Part shown: positions 1 to 12,100 of the stretch, one piece after another
Position numbering within the stretch: the stretch's first letter is position 1
Layout: the number at the start of each line of letters is the position of its first letter
From: Bugula neritina
Lineage: Eukaryota; Animalia; Bryozoa
NCBI GenBank assembly: GCA_964035545.1
Contig: OZ037770.1
Location: 2,356,001-2,420,000, forward strand
DNA length: 64,000 nucleotides
Direction: 5' to 3'
Notes under the pieces: model-generated
Told to the model about the DNA's origin: nothing
Databases searched by the model: none
Seen by the model: only the letters and a program-made list of their open reading frames with translations
Position numbers and translations under genes: made by a program

Positions 1-145
1 CTAGTTTTACTAGTTCAGTTTTACTCCTTCCAACACCGAGCTCTAGAGTAGAAACCTTTTCTCTGTAAAAAGGTTAGTTTGTTTGGCTGTTGATTATTAA
101 AAGAATATTTACTCATCTCTAAGATTTTGCTTCTTGTTTCTGCAG

Positions 146-3100
146 GCAATCCTCACAATGGTGCCCGAAGCCTGGCAGAATGACAACATCATGGACGCGG
201 ACAAGAAAGCCTTCTACAGGTACAACTCCTTTGCTATGGAGCCGTGGGATGGTCCCGCCCTACTGGCCTTCTCAGATGGCAGGTACACAGGCGCCGTGCT
301 GGACAGGAACGGCCTTAGGCCCAGCAGATACTATCTGACCAGCCAGAACTACCTGTACATGGCTAGTGAAGTCGGGGTGTGCACTGCTAGACCTGAGGAT
401 ATAGTGCAGAAGGTACTCTTCTACTCAGTAACTAGTGTAGTATATCAGTCGTATAGTAGTATACTGGAAGCTTTGAGTTGCGTTTAAACCTATACCGAAA
501 AAGTTCTGAGTTTCAGTAATAACAATTGTCCAGGTACCCTTTTATAGTCAACCTGAAACTCAGTAAAATCATATTGATGCGGAAGCTTACTTTCTAAAAG
601 TGAAATTTGACTCGTCTAATTGCTATTTGATGCCTTTTGAAACGCCTTGAATTAGTGAAGTTGGCAGCATAAAAGCAATAATTGAAAAGGCGTAGGCGAT
701 ATAATTATTAACATATAAGTACGTCATCTAATCGCCAAAGTCATAACTAAGTAACGATATTTACAAGGAGTTATTTCTCCTCTTGAGTATTATTCTGAAT
801 TCAGCCGATTAAGTTATCACAGTGCAAAAAATTTTACGACTGGCTTTTACAATGCAATGCAACTCGGAGAAATTTTAACTCGGCCAAATTGAATTTCTGA
901 CTGAAAATCGGGAAGGTTTAAACACAACTTTACTGTAGCAGAGTTGGAATTATGGCACCATGAAGTAGTTATTCCTCAACTGTTTAGCAACTAAAAGCTA
1001 CATACATATGTTTACAAGATAGAATAGCAGGCATTTTCTGGGCTCATAACATATGTGTTGTTTTGTTTGTTCTATTGTAATTGTATCAAGAAATTTCGAC
1101 CTAAACTGCATGCCAATATTTCATTTTAATTTCATCAATAAGTTTCATGAAAGTAGAAAATTTATGGTGTGTCACCCAAAAGAATATAATGATGGGACCC
1201 ATAAATTGGCCAATAGGAAAGCTAGAGTAGACTCAAAATGTTCAGTTTCAAGAATTAGTCTTACATTTTCACTAATATGTATATATTGTGTACAAATAAT
1301 GCTCCAGTTGTAAATGTAGACTTCACACTGCCTATCTAGTTGTTTGACCATTACAGGGGCGACTAAAACCTGGCCGAATGCTTCTAGTGGATACAGAACT
1401 GAAGCTATTTAAGACAGATGTTGAAGTAAAGAAGGAGATAGTGTCCTTACGTCCCGTACAGCAGTGGGTACAGAATCAGGTACACAGCTATCTCCTCAGA
1501 ATGCTGCATTGTAGCTTTCGTGTTTTCTTTTTAAATTGACAAATCATTAGATAGTTTTACGGGTAATCACATATCTAACTTATGAGCAATAATCTCACGT
1601 TTGGGACAGAATTTCACACATTGCATACCTATTCAGTCATGGTGGTGTTTGAGTAACCAAGTAAGCTCTGGAACAGTGATCTTCTTTTCTCCCTTCATGT
1701 ATTTTAATCCAATAGTCATTGGAGACTTTACAGTTCCTGATCTGACCCGATATATCCCTTCTCACATGTATATTGTCAGTCACAGCCGTGTACTATGTTT
1801 TCCTTTGTTAAGGAACAAGTGTTGGCAAAAATCAACTTATATATTCTAACTACCTCTAATACACTCTATTTATCCTGATTTATCTATCCTATTGTCTCAC
1901 CACCATATAACCTGCCCTGTGCTATGTGATTATTCAGTGCCTGAAAACCAACTAGTCAAATATTCTAGTTGGTTCTCTTTCCCGGGCTGCATCCTTGCTG
2001 TTGTGTGTATGATGAACAGATGTAGTCCTTTTATGAAACAGACTAATATCTATTCTATTAGAGAGCAGCCATGGTCTAGGGATTAGAGCTTTTGCCTAGT
2101 AAACATGAGGTCATGGATTTGAACCCCAGTAAAAACCATTAGTGATGTTAGGAAGAGCATCCAGACATAATTGCTCCTGTGCCTCATCTGAATAAGTGCT
2201 TAGGCCTATTTAACCGTAACCCCTTTCCATCAGGGGCTTCTCACAGGGATGGTGACTATGTACTTTTGGGAGTTTTATCTTCTATTCTATCAACTCATGT
2301 GCAGATAACTCTGGAAGACTTGTACGCTAACCACGACTCGGTGACCTCTACTGAGTTGAACCCCAACACTCTGTCTAAGACCGCTGTGGATACTAAGGCT
2401 ACGGGTATCATGGAGTGGGACAGACGACTCCCGTGTTTTGGCTGGACTGTGGAGACCATAAACCTGCTGATTGCCCCTATGATCAAGACTAAGTGAGTGT
2501 TTCCTGTTGAATCTTTAACTCACAGCTTGACTATTATCATTAGTGAGACATAATTCTTTCTACTGGGCAGTGTAAAGTTATACCCCTTTGTCTTGTGGGC
2601 AACACAGATATGTGCCATTTTGTCTACCAGATGCTAAGAAGACGGGATGTTTGTTAAACACATTTAGGCTCATCTGCAGTTTATGTTTCCTTGATTGTTT
2701 AGAAGCTGGTAAAACTGTGTAATAAATATTTATACAGCCAGTTCTATTTACCATCAGCATTTAGTAAAGTTGTGGGTAAATGAAAGAGTACTCTGTACTC
2801 AGTAGCAGCTAAACTCTAAGCTGATATGTTTCTCAATGACTTTGTATTTCATGTTAATAGGAAGGAAGCCTTAGGCTCTATGGGCAATGACGCTCCCCTA
2901 GCCTGTCTGTCTCGCTTTACGCCCCTCATCTATGACTACTTCAAGCAACTCTTCGCTCAGGTTACGAATCCTCCCATCGACCCTTTCAGAGAGAAGATTG
3001 TCATGTCCCTGGTGAGACATCTTTGTATACTTTAGACATCACTGTGTACTGTAGATATCACTGTGTGCTAACGTTTTATTGGCTATTTGGTGTAAAATAA

Positions 3101-6100
3101 TTTGTTAATGGTTACATGTTCTACATAAAGGCATGTCCCATTGGTCCAGCTGGTAATATGTTGGAGCCGAATGCTGATTGGACAAAAAGATTGATATTGG
3201 ACCAACCAATTCTCTCCTTGAGTGACATGGAGGTGATCAAAGCCACACAGTACAAGGGATGGAAAGCCAAGGTACGGATAGTATTGCTCTAAAGATTTGT
3301 GTTATTTTTGGTGGGTAACTTCTCTCCCCATTCCCAGTGCCACATGGCAGTTCACGGGCTAATCAGTTTTATAGCCTTAATTCCTCACCATATTCTACCT
3401 TCTGTTAGGTGATAGACATAACCTTCCCCCGATCTGCAGGTGTCTCAGGACTCGTGACTAGGCTGGATGCCGTCTGTCTGGAGGCAGCGAAGGCCGTGAG
3501 AAATGGCTTCTCTTTCATCATACTATCTGACCGGAATGTCAACTCCAACAGAGTACCCATCAGGTGATCTCATCATGCTAACTCGCTAACTCGCTGTGCT
3601 AACTCACTAACTCACTATGCTAACTTTCTAACTCACTAACTCGCTTAGCTAACTCGCTGTGCTAACTCGTTGTGCTAGCAGGCTAACTCACATACCCTCC
3701 TGTAATAAGGGCTTATGGAGCTAGATTGTAGTATTTTCTAGCTATGCTATAGACTATCTTTTCCAAAAATATAAATGTATACTAACGTTTCATAAGACCG
3801 GCATTTTGGACAAATTGAATTTTTTCTCAAATGTTGTCATGTAGTACACACATCTAGGGGTTGGACTCAGTGTGGTTGATCTCCAGTAAAGGGAAATTTA
3901 TTTGCTACATCAAAACCAACTTTACTAAAACATTTTACCTGTTGACTTTTCTAAAACCCAAGAAAAGACTGTGCTGTAGGACAAGCTTGTCTGCAAACAT
4001 AAATACCAACAAGCTTTATGCTACTTGTCACATGTCACCTGCAGGCTATGTTAGCTTTTTAGAGCACCTGTTTATGATATCACCACATCTTATGACTTAT
4101 AGTATCTGTATATCAGTCATTCTGATGTTTATAATGTTGCAGTGCGGCCCTAGCCCAAGGCAGTGTTCATCATCATCTCATTAATGAGAAGCTGCGGATG
4201 AGCACCGCCCTTGTTGTAGAGACCGGAGAAGTCAGGTATGTAGAACTTAGGCTATAGTATGGAGGGGGGTCTTTAATTGTATCAATTTGAATACTTTAGG
4301 AAGAACTTAATAGTCCCTTATTTTGGTACAGTACGGACATTTGGTGACGTAAGTTTTTAACTAGTCCTTTTATTGTAAATAATCTGCTAAAATATTAAAT
4401 ATAAATATACCTAGATAAAATGAATAATTCTCTATTCAATATGCATAGAGCAGCCGTAGTCTGAGGGTTAGAGCGTTTGCCTAGTAAGCACAAAGGTCAG
4501 GGGTTCAATCTCCAGTAAAGGCCATTGGTAATGTTAGGAAGAGCAGCCAGTCATAATTGCTCCTATGTAAATAAATCAGATTTACCAAACACCTTTCCAT
4601 CAGGTGTTCTCAAAGGGATAGCGACTATAAACTTGCTTGATTTTTTATATTAAATATATCTGCATTTGGAATTATGTAATTTATTGTAGAGAGGTTCACC
4701 AGCTGTGCGTGCTGTTGGGTTACGGGGCGGATGCCATATGCCCCTACCTGGTGTACGAGTCGGTGGGTCTGGTAATCAGTCTAGGATTGCTAGACACTCC
4801 CATGACAGAGGGGGAGATATTTGAAAACTACAGGTCGGCCTGTGCTCGAGGAATCAGTAAAGTGATGGCTAAGATGGGCATATCAACACTGCAGAGTTAC
4901 AAGGTGTTTGTTGGAACTTAGGCTGAAAACATAAGATAGTTAATCAATAAATCTATACACATATCCCAGAATTACTCCACAGATTGAGAGAGGAATAATT
5001 TTGTTTACAATCCTAGAAAACATCTTCTGAGATTGTAGAAATTTAATTATCATTAGTAGTTACAGAGTATATGTGATAGTTGTGAGAGATATAAACAGTA
5101 TTGGCAGTTTAGTTGATATACCGGATGGAGTGAATAGTTTAGTTCATTCAATGGCAAATTCTTATCTTTTAGTAAACAAATCTAATGGAACTTAAGGCGT
5201 ATTCTTATCTATCATTACTAGCAATTTGTGTTTTCTTATCGATTACCTAAAGGCCTTGTTGAAAGAAGGTTTGTAATTATATTTACTTAAGATTTATTCC
5301 GAAAACTGTCTATGTATTTGTGCTATGGCAGTGATATAATTTTTAAAGCCCTGATTCGCATATGTATATATTTAAATCATGGGTGCTGATTGGTCCAAAT
5401 ATTCTCTTTGACTACCTCATTTATATGTTCACAGGGAGCTCAAATTTTTGAGGCTGTCGGCTTGGGACAGGAAGTAATAGATAAATGTTTTACTGGAACA
5501 GCTTCTCGTTTGGGAGGAACCAACTTTGAGGTCCTTGGCTACGAGGTGAGTCACCATGTGAAATAGAGGCTGACGTCTGCTAGAAAGGAAGTGATTACAT
5601 CATCTCCTCTTATTACTTTGATGACGTAGTTAAACAAAAACTGAAAGTTATAAAATTCAAAATTAGAAAAATAAGCAAAATGTGAAGCATAAATTCACTG
5701 AATATCTATTTACTTTGATCAGCCATTAACCTCTCTACAATTCAAACATACGAGGCAATGTGACACCATCGTAGCTGTACACTGCGTATTGGTTAGTCTT
5801 TTAACTGAAGTTGTGATTGGTGAACATTGAGCTGTGACTTTTAATGTCGGGGTAACTCCCAGTTGTTGTGAGTCTAGTACGATTTTATTAGTATCAGATG
5901 AAATGCACGTCGCTTTCTTTGAACTTGTCCTGTATCGGTCGTGGTTATGGTGTGAGATTCGTCTGCTAAGTTTTCTAACTCAGATTGTGTGGATGTTTCA
6001 GGCGTTTGTGAGACAGAGTCTGGCCTATGAGTCAAGTGGAGGCGACTTCTACATAGCCAATAATCCTGGCTCGTTCTACTGGCGGAGTGGGGGCGAGCAG

Positions 6101-9100
6101 CACGTCAACGACCCCAACGCTATTGCCGACTTGCAAGACGCCAGCAAGATGAACAGCAAACATGCATACACCAAGTACAGTGACGGGACGGATAGGAATA
6201 CTCGGGCTTGCACTCTCAGGTACTGTGTCTGTCTGTATGTCCACATTATCTCAGGTCTGTCTGTGTGTCCACATTATATTCAGTCTGTCTACACACACCT
6301 AGTAAGCATCACATTGTGACTTGTATTTCAGAGGGCAACTGGAGTTTGTCTTTTCCAAGGAGCCGGTGACCTTGGAGGAAGTGGAAGATGCTGCCAGCAT
6401 TGTCAAGAGATTTGCTACAGGTCAGCATGTCAGCTGGTTGAGTCATCTCTTACTGCTGCTAATAATTGCTTACTGAAAACTAGTTACTAAATAGAATCAT
6501 AGCTCTTGAGTTCAAGTTGTCGTTTCGATTCATTTTTGTTCCTTCTTGGTGGATTGATTTTGGAATTTGATAAATTCTGGCTCGGTTTTCAGGTTCCCAT
6601 CAGTTTTCTGGTTGCTGCAGTTCTCTCTCTGATTAGCCTGTGTTCTCTTCCTGTAGGTGCCATGAGTTTTGGTAGCCTCAGTTATGAATCCCACAGCACC
6701 CTGGCTCAGGCTATGAACAAGATTGGAGCCAAGTCTAACTCCGGGGAGGGAGGGGAGAGTCCGGAGAGATACACAGACAAGGAAATCTGCTCTTCAATCA
6801 AACAGGTGAATCTCACATGGAACAGAATACGGCCTTGACCTTATAAATACTGTCTGATTTTCTTTATCCACCAACTCGTGAATATAGAATGTCATAATCT
6901 GTCTTTTTTGTTCCTTTTCTTTAGGAAGTGTTTGATTTTTGGTGAATATAAAATATCATATTCTGCTTTTCCTCACTTTTTTGTGTTTGTATTTTGAGAA
7001 AACTAATACAAGGTTGCTCCTTCTGCAGATTGCCTCTGGTCGGTTCGGCGTGACCAGCTCCTACATAGCGCACTGCGATGATCTGCAGATAAAGATGGCG
7101 CAGGGTGCCAAACCCGGAGAGGGAGGTGAACTTCCTGGCTACAAGGTCACCAAGGACATTGCTGAGAACAGACATTCTATAATTGGGGTCGGGCTGATCA
7201 GTCCCCCACCCCACCACGACATCTACTCTATTGAGGACCTCGCTCAGGTATCTCTACTGACTGTCACTCTCCTTCCAACTGGTTGTTTGTTTGTTGAAGA
7301 TTTTCAAATCAATAAAACCTGTAGTGTTGCTATCCTCTATTGGGAAGAACAAAGGAGGGATTGATTTTGATTAAACAGCTGTTTAGATATTTCATAGTTT
7401 GAATATATCTTCACGGGCTAGCAATGTATTTAAAAATAGATTGTCGAGGGACACTTTATTTCTTGACTATTTTTTATTAATCAAAGTAAACTGATCCTTG
7501 CGACACCACTGTGTTTATCTTCTCGGCAGTGCTACTCCGAAAATGGACCCGAAATATCATTTTACTTTGATTAATAAAGTAATTAACAAATAAGATGTTT
7601 CTTGTTTACCTATTTTTAATACTTTAAAATATAGTATTACTACTATTAGTAATAGTAGTAATAAGAGAGAGCATTGGATCAAACACTTCCCTCCTGATGT
7701 ATGTCTGTGAATATGAAATGAAGTGTTATTATAACACATACTTACAGTTAATCTATGACCTGAAATCAGCCAATCCGAAGGCTAGAATCAGCGTGAAGTT
7801 AGTATCAGAAGTTGGGGTGGGTGTCGTAGCAGCCGGAGTGGCTAAGGTATGTTCAGGATCTAAGGCAATATTAGTTGGAAGTTAAGCTATCCTGTCTTTT
7901 AACACATTATTTATCAGCATTTCATCAGTGTGATTGTAAGATAAGATAACTCCGCAGTATACAAGGACGTCTCTTTATTTTATTTATTACACACTGAATA
8001 AAATCAATTTTACCTATTTATGACAGTCTAGCTCCTAACTCTAAACTAACGAAGTGTTGGCGAGTAAATTCAAAAATATTCAAAATAACAAACTTTCATA
8101 ATTTTGTGTCCTTTAACTTGTTAGTGTGTGGTAAATAAAGTAAAGTTGCCAAAGCTCCATGAATATTTATTATATCTCTATATATTTCAATATGTGACAG
8201 GGCAAGACAACTCTTCACCAGTATATATATATAGTATGTATATATAATATCATGAGTATACTCTGACAGGGAAAGTCGGAGCACATCACGATATCCGGAC
8301 ATGACGGAGGTACGGGTGCCAGCAGCTGGACTGGTGTCAAACACGCCGGGCTTCCCTGGGAACTCGGAGTTGCAGAAACCCACCAAACTCTTGTTTTGAA
8401 CGACTTGAGGTCTAGAGTTGTTATTCAGGTGATTGTTTGACAGAATTTACTGTAGACATCTTTGCTTCTGTTTTATTCTAAGAGAATTTATCTGCACGGA
8501 TACCAAAGATATAATTTTTGCTTATAAAATTTAGATTATAAAAAACCTCTCACTGCGCTGAGTCTGTAGCAGTTTGAGTTCGTGCTTTCACTGTATAAAG
8601 TTAATTTTGTAGGCAAGTAGCATTATGTGAGAGGAATATTTAACTGCTGCAATAGAGGATTTTTACCTCAGTATATATAGATAGAATAGGGTAGGGTGAC
8701 AGGGATATATTATGTATAAGACACTGCAGGCTGGAACAGAATAGAAAATAACTAGGATAAAGTTCCGTAGAATTGAGTAAACTAGGATAAGATAAGAATG
8801 GTTAAGGTAGGCTAGGGTGGCTTACGACACGGTAACACATGTAGGGCAAGGTAGGAGAGCACAGGCTATGATAAGGTTCAGGAACACAGTATATAAGACA
8901 GACAACTCCCTATTGCAGGCTGATGGTCAACTAAGGAACGGGAAGGACGTTGTAATAGCAGCTCTACTCGGTGCAGACGAGTTTGCCTTCTCCACTGCAC
9001 CTCTAATTGCCCTCGGGTGTACCATGATGAGAAAGTGTCATCTGAATACATGCCCTGTGGGCGTGGCTACTCAGGTAGTGTGTTTAGTACATGTCCTGGG

Positions 9101-12100
9101 GGCGTGGCTACTCAGGTAATGTGTCTCAGTACATGCCCTGTGGGCGTGGCTACTCTGGTAGAGTGTTTAGTACATGCCCTGTGGGCGTGGCTACTCAGGT
9201 GGTGTCTTTAGTACATGCCCTGTGGGCGTGGCTACTCAGGTAGAGTGTATCAGTACATGCCCTGTGGGCGTGGCTACTCAGGTAGTGTGTTTATTATATG
9301 TGATTGTGGTTTTGTTAATTCATTATTAGTTTTTTTGTAAAAATTGTTTTTCATCGAAATCCCGTGCCTATCTTTATTTCATTCTTATCTGGTTCTTTCC
9401 CTTTTTATACTCTGAGCCATCTCTTTTAATATTCTTGTCATATTTTGTAGGATCCTGTTCTACGCAAGAAGTTTGCCGGAAAACCTGAATATGTTGTCAA
9501 CTTCTTCTTCCTATTGGCTGAGGAGATCCGGGAGATCATGGCTAAACTTGGCTTCAAAAACTTCCAGGATATGGTAAGGCCACGCCTTCTGGTAGGCGGA
9601 GTTACTGTACGTCTGCTTATCAGTAGGCGGTACTTTACTGTTCTCGCAGTCATGTAGATAGGTAGTTAATATGAATCTCAATTACAGTTGGTTTGTGGAA
9701 CTCTGATGTATTTTAGCACCTCCCACTTAATAGGGCAGGGTAATCTTCTCATACACTATAGCCTAAGTTCCAATGTATTCCTTTCTGTATAGATCGGGAG
9801 GTCTGACAAGTTGACGGCTACCGTCCCTCTACACGACAAAGCTGCTCTCCTGGAATACGAGCCTATCCTGACCTGCGCTAATAAACTCAGACCTGGAATC
9901 AACATTGTTGGTGGCTCAGTGCCACAGGATTTCAACCTGGAAGGGCGAATCGTAAGTCTACAGTTTCTGATTGGTGCGTTTTCTATGCCTGGTTTCTTGA
10001 AACTACAAAACTCTGTTTGTCAAAGTTGTTGTTATGCTGTGAGAAATAGTCATCATGCTTTAGGTTGAGATTATGATCAAAAACTTTCGATTTGTTCTAA
10101 GAAATAGGTAACATTTTTTGGTTGTGAAACTCTTGACAGAGGTAGGAATTTACAATCCAAAAATTTTCTTACTGCAAGTTCTCTACCCTGTGACAGTGTA
10201 TACTGAAATTGGAATTTCCCTGTTAGTGTTTTAAACTGATGAGATATTTATGCCAATAAATTAACTATCTCTATATATTTACCCAGTATTGTTGCAGCCT
10301 TTGGGCTGAAAGCTTAAGAAAACTGTTATAATTTTACTTTTGATCTGAGTAAATATTTCAGTCTCAGCTTTCAGTGGTGGTTTAAATATCAGTGTGAATA
10401 TTTGATCACTTGAATGACTAGATGTTTTAACCACAGAGTTTCATCTTCCTAACGACTTTGCAATAAAGTTATACACAGAATGTATTTTCTATTCCTCAGG
10501 ATAATGACGTGATAAAGAAGGCCCACTCAGTGATTGAAGGTCACAGTAAGGAGTGTCACATTGAGATGTCTATCACAAACATTGACAGAACATTTGGTGC
10601 TACTCTCAGCTATGAGATATCAATGTGAGTGAGAGATTCTGTATTCATATTGACTTACTTAAATATGTGATACTGGAATGAAAATGGTCTTGCTTGTATG
10701 ACTAAAACATGGTTATGATCACTTTAGTTATAATCAGTTTGATAATAGAAATAACTAGGTCAAAGTATTTAATGAACAAAATGAAAATCGTAGAAAACTA
10801 TTTCAAGACCTCTCTGTTAGTTTTATTTTCTTCTCATTGAGCTTTAATATGACACTCACACTTTGATAGAACTCAATAACTGGACTTAAACAGACGTTTT
10901 TGTTCTTTCTCAAATCACAGTAACTTATTTTGTCACTCATTTAGTGTAAATCTTGGCTGTGTGTCCAAAACTAAACTTTCCACAACTTTACTTCTCCCAG
11001 CAATCATTACACACTTTCTTTAGCATAGTTGAGTATTCTTAACTCTTCTCCTACAGGAAGTACGGGGAGCGTGGTCTTCCACCCGGCTCCAGTATCAACA
11101 TAAAGCTGGTAGGATCAGCGGGCCAGGCCTTCTGTGCCTTCCTGGCTCAGGGTGTGCATGTGGAGCTGGAAGGAGATGCTAATGACTATGTTGGCAAGGG
11201 GCTGTCAGGTCAGTGCAATTCTCATTGGTTGATTTCCTCTAAAAACTGTTTCCATTAGTCATTGCTATGTGGCTCATTTTATTTAATGTAAATCGACACT
11301 CGATATCTCTATTTAATAGTGATTTTTATCACAATTTACTTGCTAATATATATATATTTTTACACTATACTAATAAAATATTTTAAAATTGCAACTAAAT
11401 GATCAAGTTTTCTTTCTAAGTTGGCTTGATTTCCTGTTTTTTTCCTAAATCTTTAGATCACTATGGAAAAACTTTCATGGTCCATATATATATATGTTTT
11501 AATGTTGCAGAACCCTATCCCAGTTTTTTTGCTATGGATAGTTAGAATAAGCACATAAAAGTATCCCATGTAATGAATTTTCATGTATTTTGAGTAAACT
11601 TTAACTTTTGGTTCTAACTTGCTGTGTACTAATTAAAGTAAAGTGACCCATTTTTATCTTGATAGTCATTTTAGAAACTAATCAAAAGTGAACACTCAAT
11701 TTTTTTAATGCTGGAGATTTGCTTCTCATATCTTTTTGGGTGTAAAGGAAGTATTTTTTAGTCAATACCTGTATGTAGTTGAACGTAGACTGTGATCTGT
11801 CCGGTTTGATAAACAAAAGGTGGTGAGATAGTGGTCTACCCCCCTAAGAACTCTAGACCTGGCTACGACACTGAGAAGAATATCATTGTCGGCAATGTCT
11901 GTCTGTATGGAGCCACTTCAGGGAAAGCTTTCTTCCGAGGTCAAACGGCCGAGAGATTCTGCGTCAGGAACTCTGGTGCTACTGCCATCAGTGAGGTGAA
12001 TGAATGCTTCCATATGATTGGCTCGTTAATGGGCAAACAATCTTGTGTGTTTGAAAACCTGTAAGCATTTCTTCTAAAGGTGGAAAACTTTTAGCTGAGT

